Shown here in pieces: positions 8,305 to 17,900 of a stretch of DNA of 64,000 bases. Each line of letters starts with the position of its first letter. Position 1 is the first letter of the stretch. The position numbers were made by a program, and so were the translations under genes. The notes under the pieces were generated by a model. It had not been told where the DNA came from and did no database searches. It saw nothing but the letters and a program-made list of their open reading frames with translations. The stretch spans positions 8,538-72,537 of the forward strand of contig CAYQUS010000002.1 in NCBI GenBank assembly GCA_964421015.1. Direction: 5' to 3'. Origin of the DNA: an uncultured Planctomycetia bacterium. GTDB taxonomy: Bacteria > Omnitrophota > Gorgyraeia > Tantalellales > Tantalellaceae.

Positions 8305-10119
8305 TCACATATACGGCTTTATCCTTACTTCGGGCTCGCTTACGGCGCCTGTAACTTCTTCCGGCTCCTTAGCGGCATCCGCCAAAGACCCGCCATCACC
8401 GTCTTTTTTGCTTCTTATGGGAGCGTAATCTTCATAGTCCTTCCCTATCTTATCGAACTCCCTTTCGTTGCCTGTATCCAGAGTGTCGTCATACGCCACA
8501 TGAGGAGTCATCATGACAAGTAGTTCGGTCCTTTCCGTCTTGTCGCCGCCTTCCTTAAAAAGGAAACCCAGAACCGGTATTTTGCTGAGATATGGGATGC
8601 CTTCCGAGTCCGAGCTCTTCTCTTCTTTTCTAAGCCCGCCTATTATCACGGTATGCCCGTCTTTCACCATTACCGTAGTTTCCGCCATTGATGTGTCGAT
8701 TATGGGTATCTTGTTATTGGTCGGAGTTATAAGATACGAGACAACACTCGAGATCTCGGGCTTTATCCTCATTGTGATGTAGCCTTCCTCGTTAATGGTA
8801 GGCGTCACCGCTATCTGTATCCCGACATCGACGAACTGCACATCTTCGGCGATGGTGCTTGTCGCCTGTCCGGTAGTGGTGGTGGTCGTTACATACGCCT
8901 GGCGTTCACCCACGTGTATCTTGGCCTCGTGATTATTCACTACCGAAAGCTTGGGATTGGAAAGTATCTGTGTTCTCCCGAGCGTCTGGAGATATTTTAC
9001 CAGAACATCATAGTCCCTTTTCCCGGTAACTGAACCGATATGCATGGTGCCTGGCGAGATCTTTCCTGCCGTGGGAGGCGTCTGCGGATAAGCTCCTATG
9101 TCCGAAGGCATAAAGCCTTCCCTGAACTGGTTGCGGGAAGCCCATGTCCCGGTCCAGTCCGCCACGGCGGTTGCCCCTTTCATCACGCTGAAGGGTACGG
9201 ACCCGAAATACATCATGCCGAACTGCGACCCTATATCAACGAGCCCTTCCCACTCTATTCCCTGGGTCATCTGATCGGAAAGTTTGACCTTTATTATCTT
9301 GACGTCTATAAGAACCCTTTTCGTTTTCTGGTCGAGTGCTTTTATCAGAGTCTCTATTTCGGCCATCCTCTCGGGAAGAGCCTGAATTATGACCTGGTTG
9401 GACCTTTCGTCAGCTCTTATGGAACCTACCTTTTTGGCGTCAAGCTGTTCCTTGAGTTGCTCCGTAACCTCTGTGGCGTTGGCGTATTCCAGGTTAAAGA
9501 CCTTCACCGTATTCCTCTGCTCGAGCGACGCCATGGCCTTTTCCATCTCCTTTATCGTTTCCGGAGTGTCCATAACTACCGCGGTCCCGGAATCCGGCTC
9601 CACCAGCACCCTTCCTATTTCGCTTTTAAGGGTATCCAGAAGAGAAAACACCTGCTCCGGGATGGCGTATTGTATCCGGAACATCTTGACTTCCCTGATA
9701 TCGTCGAACCTTTTACCGAAAAGAGCGCGGTACTCGGCCTCGGTCATTATGTTGTATATCTCGCCGGGCTTTGAATACGCCAAGCCGTTGGACCTCAGCA
9801 TGACGTCGAATATGTCCTTTACCGGAACGTTCTCCACCCTCAAGGAAACTCGCCCCGTAACGTTCTTGGTCATTACAAGGTTCATGCTCGCTCTCTGCGA
9901 GAGATACTGAAGAGCGTCTACCACCTCTATGTTCCTCAGGTCAAGCGATATCCTCGCGTCCATTCCGCCGGCAAGAGGCTCAAGATTGTTGACAGACTCC
10001 TCGGTTATGCCCGACGGTGTCTGGGTAGAAAGGGTCTCCTCTCCCGTAAGGCCCTGCCCCCCCACGGAAAGCGCGACAGAAAAAAGAAACACGAATAAAA
10101 ATAGTCCTGTCCTCTTCAC
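8305..10119 (-). CDS. secretin (GspD/PilQ/MshL family outer-membrane channel)
   Basis: Signal peptide. N0/N1-like domains (ISLDLRNIEVVDALQYL...). C-terminal secretin domain (RQAYVTTTTTTGQ..., PIIDTSMAETTVMVKDGHTVIIGGL..., IPYLSKIPVLGFLFK). Confidence 0.85.
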   Translation of the reverse strand: MKRTGLFLFVFLFSVALSVGGQGLTGEETLSTQTPSGITEESVNNLEPLAGGMDARISLDLRNIEVVDALQYLSQRASMNLVMTKNVTGRVSLRVENVPVKDIFDVMLRSNGLAYSKPGEIYNIMTEAEYRALFGKRFDDIREVKMFRIQYAIPEQVFSLLDTLKSEIGRVLVEPDSGTAVVMDTPETIKEMEKAMASLEQRNTVKVFNLEYANATEVTEQLKEQLDAKKVGSIRADERSNQVIIQALPERMAEIETLIKALDQKTKRVLIDVKIIKVKLSDQMTQGIEWEGLVDIGSQFGMMYFGSVPFSVMKGATAVADWTGTWASRNQFREGFMPSDIGAYPQTPPTAGKISPGTMHIGSVTGKRDYDVLVKYLQTLGRTQILSNPKLSVVNNHEAKIHVGERQAYVTTTTTTGQATSTIAEDVQFVDVGIQIAVTPTINEEGYITMRIKPEISSVVSYLITPTNNKIPIIDTSMAETTVMVKDGHTVIIGGLRKEEKSSDSEGIPYLSKIPVLGFLFKEGGDKTERTELLVMMTPHVAYDDTLDTGNEREFDKIGKDYEDYAPIRSKKDGDGGSLADAAKEPEEVTGAVSEPEVRIKPYM

Positions 10120-10820
10120 TTAAGCTCCACGGTGTCTTCCCCGTACCGCAATACCACCCTGTCTTTCAGTATCTGCTCGACCTTTACCTCTCCTATCATC
10201 TGTCCTTCTCTTACGAAAAAAGTCCTGAACGCTTTTGAGTCCTCTATCAGCGCGTCGGGCTTTTCCGACCAGGATATGCCTACAAGCCTGAGGTCCTGCG
10301 TCATCTCGGTTATGGCCGGTACCGGGCTGTATCTGGTCTCCCTTTCCACCGGAACCTCGGGTTCGGGTTCCGGGGCCTTGTATCCCATGCGGAAAATGTT
10401 CCGTTCCGCGGTCTTTTTCAGATAGTATTCCTCTCCTTTGTCGTCCGAAAAAGGTTTTGCGGAGAAATCAAACCCGCTTTTCTCGTACCGCCTGGCCTCC
10501 AGATCCTCCATCCTGTCCGAATAGTTCAAAAGATAAGAAAAATCTGCGATAGCGTAAGAGGCCGCCAGAAGCGCCCCGAAAAAAAGAAACCTGTTTATCA
10601 GGTTCTTTTCCGCGAGCCGCTTAAGCCCCGCGGGGCTGAAAACCTTCTTAAGGTTCCCCGTTAAAAAAAAAAACCTTTCCCTCAGGACGGCCGCCGAAAA
10701 AAGCGGCGACGAGCCCCTCCGGACCGCTCTAGCCCTCATTTTTAACTCATTCGGCCCTTCCGGGTTCTCTATAAGGCTTAACAGCTGTTTTTCTGAGGTA
10801 ATAGGCTTTCTCTGTACCAT
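10116..10820 (-). CDS. bitopic membrane protein, possible GspC/PilP-like secretin partner
   Basis: Single TM segment (FLFFGALLAASYAIADFSYLL) and a periplasmic beta-rich C-terminus. Position between the ExeA-like ATPase gene and the secretin gene. Its end overlaps the secretin start by 4 nt. The start may be Met28 (~10739). Confidence 0.45.
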   Translation of the reverse strand: MVQRKPITSEKQLLSLIENPEGPNELKMRARAVRRGSSPLFSAAVLRERFFFLTGNLKKVFSPAGLKRLAEKNLINRFLFFGALLAASYAIADFSYLLNYSDRMEDLEARRYEKSGFDFSAKPFSDDKGEEYYLKKTAERNIFRMGYKAPEPEPEVPVERETRYSPVPAITEMTQDLRLVGISWSEKPDALIEDSKAFRTFFVREGQMIGEVKVEQILKDRVVLRYGEDTVELK

Positions 10821-11656
10821 CCCGATTGTTTCTCCTCGTCTATAAGTTCGCGTATCAGCTCGGCATCCACCGCCATCTTGCTTGTCAGTATCAGCCTCTT
10901 AAGGGCCTTGTGGCAAAGCATTATTATCCTGCGGGGATATCCCTTTGAGTATTGATGTATCTCCCTTACCGCCTCCTCCAGAAATATGCGCATGCTCGAG
11001 GTATACCCTCCCTGCCTTACCCGGAACTCTATTATCTCCCGCGTTTCCTCGAGGTCAAGCGGGTTAAGAGTGTATTTGAAACTTATTCTGTCCAGGAAAT
11101 TCGGTATATCGACTATTTTAGCGTGCAGTTCGAGCTGCCCCATCAGCACTATCTGCAAAAGCTTGAACTTATTTGTCTCGAAATTCAGGAAGACCCTCAG
11201 GACCTCGAGCGAACTTTCGCTGAGTTTCTGAGCCTCGTCTATTATCAGCGTCACCGTTTTGTTTTCCGTAACCCCTTTTTTAAAAAGGAACTTCTCGAGG
11301 GATTCCCTCATATCCATTACCGTGGGCTCTGCGCCCGCGGGCCAGGTTTCGCATTCTATGTCCAGATTCCTCAAAAGCGATCTCAGGAAGGACTTCTCGT
11401 CTTCGAAAGAAGGATCGAGTATAAAGTGAAAAATAAAATCCTCGCGCATTTTAAGTTCCTGGATAAGTTTCCGGGAAAGGGTTGTTTTTCCCGTCCCCAC
11501 ATCGCCCAGGATCACCGAAAGCCCTCTTTTAAGCCTCAGGTCTATGAGCACATTATTGAGCGCGGCCTCGTGTTCCTTTGAAAGATAAAAGAACTCCGGG
11601 TCGGGACTTGTCGAAAAAGGCTCTTTTTCAAAACCCAGTATCTTGTAGTAGCTCAT
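10778..11656 (-). CDS. ExeA/GspA/MshM-like AAA ATPase
   Basis: Walker A motif GDVGTGKTT in an ExeA-like context (SYYKILGFEKEPFSTSPDPEFFYLSKEHEAALNNV...). Confidence 0.8.
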   Translation of the reverse strand: MSYYKILGFEKEPFSTSPDPEFFYLSKEHEAALNNVLIDLRLKRGLSVILGDVGTGKTTLSRKLIQELKMREDFIFHFILDPSFEDEKSFLRSLLRNLDIECETWPAGAEPTVMDMRESLEKFLFKKGVTENKTVTLIIDEAQKLSESSLEVLRVFLNFETNKFKLLQIVLMGQLELHAKIVDIPNFLDRISFKYTLNPLDLEETREIIEFRVRQGGYTSSMRIFLEEAVREIHQYSKGYPRRIIMLCHKALKRLILTSKMAVDAELIRELIDEEKQSGWYRESLLPQKNSC

Positions 11657-11880
11657 ACCCCGTCCAGTTTTTTTCTTATAAGGCTAAGGGGATATCCTTC
11701 CTTTATCATGCCCAGTATACGCTCTATCCTGGCTATAACCGTCTGCTCGTCATACACGCGTTTATTACCCGACCTGGAAAGGACGGGCAGCAAACCTATC
11801 ATTGTGTAATAATTCACCGTATGGTACGGCAGATTGAATTTTTTCGATATCTCTTTAGCGTTCAATGTCTTAGGATTCAT
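11653..11880 (-). CDS. MerR-family HTH DNA-binding protein (small)
   Basis: 75 aa with a helix-turn-helix (ISKKFNLPYHTVNYYTMIGLLP). Its stop overlaps the ExeA-like gene start by 4 nt. Confidence 0.6.
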   Translation of the reverse strand: MNPKTLNAKEISKKFNLPYHTVNYYTMIGLLPVLSRSGNKRVYDEQTVIARIERILGMIKEGYPLSLIRKKLDGV

Positions 11881-12029
11881 GAAATCTCTTCCGAGTAAAT
11901 GAAGTATGTACTTTAACTCTGATATTTACAGCAAGTATACTGACTTTTTACTCGCTGTCAAGCATCAGGTAAAAAATTGATCACTCCATTGTGCCGTCAT
12001 ATGTTCCGAAGTGTGTTTTAAGAGCGGCT

Positions 12030-12100
12030 GGCATTCCATCATTTCCTTCAGGGACGCTCGATTTGCCCAGCGTGGAAATCTTCACTCGGTGCTCTCCCTC
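12030..12100. repeat. repeat family B copy, inverse orientation
   Basis: The reverse complement matches 3076..3135 (gatttccacgc.gggcaaatcgagcgtccctgaagg.aat). Confidence 0.55.
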
Positions 12101-12169
12101 GCTTTATCACGCGGCTGGCGTACGCCTTGACTCCGAGCTTCGGGGCATGGTACACTTCCGTGAAAGGCG

Positions 12170-12730
12170 GTGTTCATGGCTATTTTAGAAGACCTTGTAG
12201 CGTCCGGCAGATTTTTACACTCCCATTCTCTTGTTATCGGGTCGGGCGGGAATATAAGCGCTCGCGAAAGCGGTGACATTTATATTAAAAAAAGAGGAGT
12301 CGATATGTCTTCGGCCGCTGAAAAGGACTATCTCAAGCTCGAGCTTTCGGGAACGTCCGTAACACCTGCGGGCAGGGAACTGAGTTCCGAGACACCACTT
12401 CATATTTCAATTTACAAGTCCCGAGCGGACATCTTCGCCGTAGCTCATACCCACTCCCCTTACGCTATCGCCTTTGCCGAAAAGTTCTCCGTCCTTGAAA
12501 GCCCGTCATACGAATTTGACTGCATGATAGGCAAGAGCTCTCTAGTACTGCCATATATACTGCCGGGAAGCCCTCAACTGGCCGAAGCCGTCGCGGGGAC
12601 TTTTTCTTCGGGGCATAACGCTGTCCTTTTAAGGCGTCATGGCGTGGTCTCTTCGGGGAAGGACATTTTTGAGGCATGCCTCAGGGCTCTCGCTGTTGAA
12701 AGAGCGGCCATGGTCCTTCTTTTGTCCTGA
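12170..12730 (+). CDS. class II aldolase/adducin family protein
   Basis: Motifs GSGGNISAR...FAVAHTHSPYAIAFA are typical of L-fuculose-phosphate aldolase-like or methylthioribulose-phosphate dehydratase-like proteins. Confidence 0.7.
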   Translation: MFMAILEDLVASGRFLHSHSLVIGSGGNISARESGDIYIKKRGVDMSSAAEKDYLKLELSGTSVTPAGRELSSETPLHISIYKSRADIFAVAHTHSPYAIAFAEKFSVLESPSYEFDCMIGKSSLVLPYILPGSPQLAEAVAGTFSSGHNAVLLRRHGVVSSGKDIFEACLRALAVERAAMVLLLS

Positions 12731-12829
12731 CAAGCCGGCATTAAACCCCTGATTGACTTAGCCATTCACGGTTGTTATAATGTGTGGGGTTTTATCCGGG
12801 ATTTTACAGAAAAACCGGCAATCAGGACC

Positions 12830-12906
12830 GGGAAGTAGCGCAGCCTGGCTAGCGCACCTGCTTTGGGAGCAGGGAGTCGTGGGTTCGAATCCCACCTTCC
12901 CGACCA
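12830..12906 (+). tRNA. tRNA-Pro (anticodon TGG)
   Basis: Cloverleaf folded by hand. Anticodon loop cttTGGga. CCA encoded. Confidence 0.8.
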
Positions 12907-12969
12907 GTTTTTATTTATCCGCCAAGTTACTCGAGTTTTTTGCTTGTTTTTTTGTTTGCTTGCGTTTCA

Positions 12970-13053
12970 GCGGGCGTGGCGGAATTGGCAGACGCGCTAG
13001 CCTTAGGAGCTAGTGGTTTTACCGTGGGGGTTCGAGTCCCTTCGCCCGCACCA
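12970..13053 (+). tRNA. tRNA-Leu (anticodon TAG), long variable arm
   Basis: Acceptor stem gcgggcg/cgcccgc. Anticodon loop ctTAGga. CCA encoded. Confidence 0.8.
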
Positions 13054-13155
13054 TTTTTTGCCCGGGCTCTTTTCCGGGTTGAAATGCGCTGTGTTTTATG
13101 TTTTACTGTTTTTGTTTTTAGGGTTTTTGGGTAAGATCGTGTTCTTTAAAAAGTT

Positions 13156-13232
13156 GCGCCCGTAGCTCACTTGGATAGAGCATCTGCCTTCTAAGCAGAG
13201 GGTAGCAGGTTCGAATCCTGCCGGGCGCGCCA
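13156..13232 (+). tRNA. tRNA-Arg (anticodon TCT)
   Basis: Acceptor stem gcgcccg/cgggcgc. Anticodon loop ctTCTaa. CCA encoded. Confidence 0.8.
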
Positions 13233-13280
13233 TGATCTGAATTTCGCTATCGCGAAATTCACCCGAAGGACCGATTGTTC

Positions 13281-13338
13281 GAGGTCGAGGTGACTGGCAA
13301 CACCATCGCTTTTTAATTGTAAGGTGGTGCCTGTCACC
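13281..13338. repeat. REP-like palindromic unit, inverted copy, between tRNA-Arg and tRNA-His
   Basis: gaggtcgaggtgactggca-loop-ggtggtgcctgtcacc. Confidence 0.55.
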
Positions 13339-13369
13339 AAAGTGTCTGTATCTGTAGATGTACATCGGT

Positions 13370-13446
13370 GGTGGGCGTAGCTCAGCTGGTAGAGCGCCTG
13401 ACTGTGGCTCAGGTTGCCGCGGGTTCAAATCCCGTCGCTCACCCCA
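13370..13446 (+). tRNA. tRNA-His (anticodon GTG) with an encoded G-1
   Basis: Anticodon loop ctGTGgc. An extra 5' G pairs with the discriminator C. CCA encoded. Confidence 0.75.
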
Positions 13447-13514
13447 TTTTTTTAAACTCGGATCAAGCCGGCCATCAGCGGAAGCTGTCTTCTTTAATGA
13501 GTGAGGTATAGATC

Positions 13515-14294
13515 ATGGGGTTCTTTTCGGTCGTAAGCCTTTGGAAGCTTTTTGCCGGCACCGTGCTCATATCGGTCTTGTTCTATGAGATAGGCTTTAA
13601 GTTCGGGAAATTCAGATGTTCTGTTTCCCGCGATACAAAAGACGCTCACATCGGCACTATGATAGGCTCGACATTCGGACTTCTGGCCTTTCTTCTGGCC
13701 TTTACTTTCGGCATAGCATCGTCCCATTTTGACGCGAGAAAAACAGCTTTCCTCGAAGACACCAATTCCATAAGATCGGTCTACCTCAAATCCAGGCTGC
13801 TGCCTGAACCAGCAAGAACAAAGATCAAAGAACTTTTGAAAGATTACATCGATATACGCCTCAGGATGGCCCATACAACTTCCCCAAAAGAGCTCCGGGA
13901 GCTGCTTTCCGATTCCGAAAAGATCCACGACCAGTTATGGTCCGAAGCGGTGTCGGCGGAAATAAATGCCACAGGGGCCAGCTCTTCCTGGCTTTTCACC
14001 GACAAATTAGATGAGATGATCGCCAAGCATTTTACACGTATCGCGGTCGCCTTAAGACCCCGCATTCCGGGCACTATCTGGATAGTTCTCTACGTTGTCG
14101 CGTTGCTGAGCATGTCGGCGGCCGGTTACCAGTCCGGCCTTAGCGGCGCGCGCGGCTCTTTTGTTTTCCTGATATCCTGTGTGGCGTTTTCTCTTATTCT
14201 TGTTCTGATCGCGGATCTCGACCGGCCTAAACAGGGTTTATTCAAGGTCAATCAGCAGCAGCTAGCTGATCTCAGGAACAGGATCGCATCTTGA
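13515..14294 (+). CDS. hypothetical integral membrane protein (N- and C-terminal TM segments, DUF-type)
   Basis: 259 aa with hydrophobic helices at both ends and a soluble central region. No confident family assignment. Confidence 0.55.
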   Translation: MGFFSVVSLWKLFAGTVLISVLFYEIGFKFGKFRCSVSRDTKDAHIGTMIGSTFGLLAFLLAFTFGIASSHFDARKTAFLEDTNSIRSVYLKSRLLPEPARTKIKELLKDYIDIRLRMAHTTSPKELRELLSDSEKIHDQLWSEAVSAEINATGASSSWLFTDKLDEMIAKHFTRIAVALRPRIPGTIWIVLYVVALLSMSAAGYQSGLSGARGSFVFLISCVAFSLILVLIADLDRPKQGLFKVNQQQLADLRNRIAS

Positions 14295-14398
14295 CCGCAG
14301 CGATAGTTTTTTCTTTCACCGATCAATACAAAAGTGCGGGGGTTTAAGGTATACTTGGTAATGGCTGTTTGGCCCGTAAGAACGTTCCGCCTTTTACA

Positions 14399-14433
14399 TT
14401 TGTCGCCATAGCTCCGGCCGGTGGTATAATATG
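14399..14433 (+). promoter_or_regulatory. putative sigma70-type promoter with an extended -10 (TGgTATAAT)
   Basis: ttgtcg-N19-tggtataat lies about 20 nt upstream of the 14451 ATG. Confidence 0.3.
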
Positions 14434-14450
14434 CAAAAAAGGATGTTATC

Positions 14451-14714
14451 ATGAATATCAGGAAAGCCTCGTGTTTTATCGTTATTCTGGCTTTAGCGTT
14501 TATGATCCAGGGTCCCATCGCTCTGGCCGCGGATCCTTTTGAACTGACGATCCAGTTATTCTACGAACACGGGGAAGATAAGAACATATATTACGAGTCC
14601 ATAAATCCGGTTATAGAGATCGGGGGCGGCCCTGTACGCCCTTTCAAAGTGGTTTTAAAAAATACTTCCTCGAGCCCCCGGCAAAACCAAGGAATTCGAG
14701 ATAATCCTGACTGA
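14451..14714 (+). CDS. small secreted protein, possibly frameshifted (continues in another frame to ~14841)
   Basis: Signal peptide MNIRKASCFIVILALAFMIQGPIALA. After the C5/A6 homopolymers at ~14660-14680 the +1 frame continues as ...KTKEFEIILTEREWNNAFKLIKQGSSKVRARASYKNGSKMIYSDYYTLVLKT. Confidence 0.4.
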   Translation: MNIRKASCFIVILALAFMIQGPIALAADPFELTIQLFYEHGEDKNIYYESINPVIEIGGGPVRPFKVVLKNTSSSPRQNQGIRDNPD

Positions 14715-14977
14715 ACGAGAATGGAACAACGCCTTCAAGCTTATCAAACAAGGCTCCTCGAAAGTGCGCGCGCGAGCCTCCTACAAAAACGGCTCCAAAA
14801 TGATATATTCGGATTATTATACTCTTGTCCTTAAAACATAATCTCTCGCCGGACAAACCTATCCTTTCTCTTGCCTTTTGTTAGGTTATAAAAAAGCTAA
14901 AATGCCACCTATTGCTTTCCTTCCGCCTTTGAGGTAGACTAATTAGATATTTAGGACAAAAAAAAGGTTGTTATCGC

Positions 14978-17900
14978 ATGACTGTACATTTCCTCTGCCG
15001 ATCAGCGCGCGCAAGTTTTAACCGCTTGAAAAAAGCTGTTTCACTATCATTGGCTTTTTGCCTGCTTTGTCCCGGCCTTTCTCTGGGGAAAGACCAATAT
15101 CCCGTTCCAAGCTCAGATCGCGCTGTCCATGATACCGCAAACTTGTCCGCGGCAAACACTATAGAAATTCCTTACGGACTCGGTTTTATAACCGACAGAT
15201 GGGACGGCGGAGCTGATCCCTCGGGATATACAGTGATCCACATACAGGATGCTCACTGTAATTACGACGCGCAAAAGGCTGTAGCCGGAATAATATCGTA
15301 CCTAAGCAAGCGTTACGGCGCATATGTCGTTAATCTGGAGGGAGGCGAGGGTCCTTATGATACGTCCCTTTTCTCTCACCTTGGTTCCGGAGACCTCGCT
15401 CAAAAAGCCGCCGACATCTTGCTTGAAAAGGGGCTTTTGAACGGCGCCGAGTACGCCGCTGTGTCAGAAGGCGGAGTTTTCCTCTGGGGGATCGAAGACC
15501 CCTTTCTTTACTCAAAAAACCTTTCGGCGTACAGGGAATCGGTTTCGGCAAAAGAAGAATCCGGCAGACTGCTTAGCGTGTTAAATGACGAGGTTTCCAA
15601 AGCCCAAAAAAGTGTTTTTTCGGAAAAACTTCTTGAGATCGAAAAATTCAAGGTCGGTTATCGCTCGGGGACCCTGGAACTAAAGGACTATTTCACCTAT
15701 CTCTGGTCTTTAGCCGAAGTTTCCGGCATAGACGTGTCTCTGTATCCCCTTTCTCAAAAAATGGCCGGAATACTGGAAAAGGAACGCGGTATAGATTTCG
15801 AAAAAGCCGGAACGGAGAGAACAATGCTTGTGGAGCTTCTTGGAGAACATCTCCCCGGGGAAGATGTTCTATCCATAGCCCAGGCGGCTGAAAATTTTCG
15901 TCTCGGGAAGATCTCCGAAGCGTCTTTCCATGGATATCTTTACGCCAGGTCAGCCATACTGGGAGAGAGATTTGAAGATTTCCGGGAACTCTCAAAATAC
16001 ATCTCTTATTCCGCGGACCACGGCGCTATCGACGACACATTTCTCACGGAAGAACTCCCGTCCCTTGAAAACTCTATTCTGGACCTTTTCGCGAGCACGC
16101 CTGAGGAGAAAGAACTTTTATTCTTTGCGCGGCTTCTTGAAACAGCGGGCAGAATACTTTCTTTTACCGTAACCGAAAAAGATTTCAATTTTTACAGAAC
16201 CCACTCTTCCCGCTTACAGGACCTGGGCAGTTTTGTGGAAAACTTTATTCCCTGCGGCTCCACGTCAGAGGGGGCTGGAAGCGCGGCCCGCGATCTTTCC
16301 GGGTACACGGCAAAAGCGGCCTTGTTCTATGAATACTCCTTACTTCGCGACGAAGCCTTTCTTGGGAATATGATATCGTCCCCCCTGTCACGGACGGCCG
16401 TTCTTGTTACCGGAGGGTTCCACACAAAAAACCTTGCCCGCGTCTTCCGGGAAAAAGGTATAGCATACGTAACGGTAATGCCTTCTTTCAGGAACGCGGA
16501 GGGATACGCCTCTCCGTATTTCAGCGTTCTGGAAGGCAGCAACGGCTTTTTCCCCATATCCGCAGCTCCCGGAGCCTATTCGCTGCAGGTGCCGAGCGCT
16601 CTGGCGCCGATAAAAGATGCCCTGACAGAGGCTGATCTGGAAGAATACGAAGTCAACGCCTATGTAACCGGGGAAATAGCGCGCGGAAAAAAACTGATAA
16701 TATCCATGGACGGCGGTAAGACCTTGGAAATAGGCTCGGGAACAACTGAACGTCTCTCGCTGGACGAACTTCTTCACAGGGTCCACGAGGTGTACATAGA
16801 CCGCATAATGGCCCGGGGCGATTTTACGGAAGTTTCGGACGAAGACCGCGACGACGCCTGCGGCATCGCCCTTGAGGTCACACAAGACCATTCTATCCAA
16901 CGCCAGATAATAGATCTTCACCGCGGCGAAAATGCCGAAGGCAAGAAGCTGCACATGCAGTTCTCCTCGGGGCTCGGCAGAACCAAAATACTGGAACACT
17001 CAGGAGGCATGGGAGTATCCATAAGCTCCGGGCTTTACACAATAGAAGAAGTGCGCCGGGCTCTGGTGCATGGTATTATCTCGGGATTCCTTGACGACCA
17101 CCGCATGGCGGACCTTATAACCGAAGCTCTTCTTAAAGACGACATTTCCCTCGCCTCTCGGATGTTTTCCTCGGCCATGAAAGGCAAACCGGCTATAGCC
17201 GTGTGGGAGAGATCCGACCTTGTCCGTCGGTCCGGAAAACGAGACTATGCCGACAGGCTCAGCGATCTTCAGGCTCTTATGAGTTCCCACAGCCTTATTC
17301 GCACGGAAAAAGGCACCTGGTATGAGTCTCAGGGACTCCGCTTTTACCGGGGCCTGTGGCAGAAAAACCATCAGATAGCCCAGGGCATAAAAGTCCACAT
17401 AGACGCTACTGACGACACGGGGAAAATAGATATCGATCTTCTTTCCGGCGCGGTGTCGCTTCTTGAAAAATGGGGGTTCCCTTTCAAAATATCCGAACCT
17501 TTCGGCCAAAAGCTGGTCCGGACACACGAAGACTCCTCTTCTTACGACCAGGAAGGCAAGACGGTTGTGATCTGGCTTGTCGACATCGAGGGGGCCCCAT
17601 TGAAGGATTGGAACAAGATAGAAGATTTCCTATCTTCGCTGGAGTCATATCTGTCAAAAAGCCCGAAAACAAAAACACATTTTTCGCATGACGGCACAAC
17701 CAACGATCAGCTTTACGGCGACTCCGGGAGGCTTGGATACCGTTTCGGGTCTTACAACTCCGGGGTTGTCATAGTGCCCTCAGAAAAAGGCCTGGAGCAG
17801 ATACGCCCGGACGACCATCACAAACACGACAGCGAACTTATCCGACATACCGGCCTCTACGGCAGCGTTCCCGAGGAACCTTTCGAGGTGCAAGCCGCTA

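Noticed and set aside
9040-9910. Plus-strand ORFs antisense to the secretin gene
   Set aside because: These are shadow ORFs. The secretin frame carries unambiguous family motifs.
12780-13428. Track ORFs 12780..13013, 12940..13134 and 13096..13428
   Set aside because: They overlap four clear tRNA genes and a REP element.
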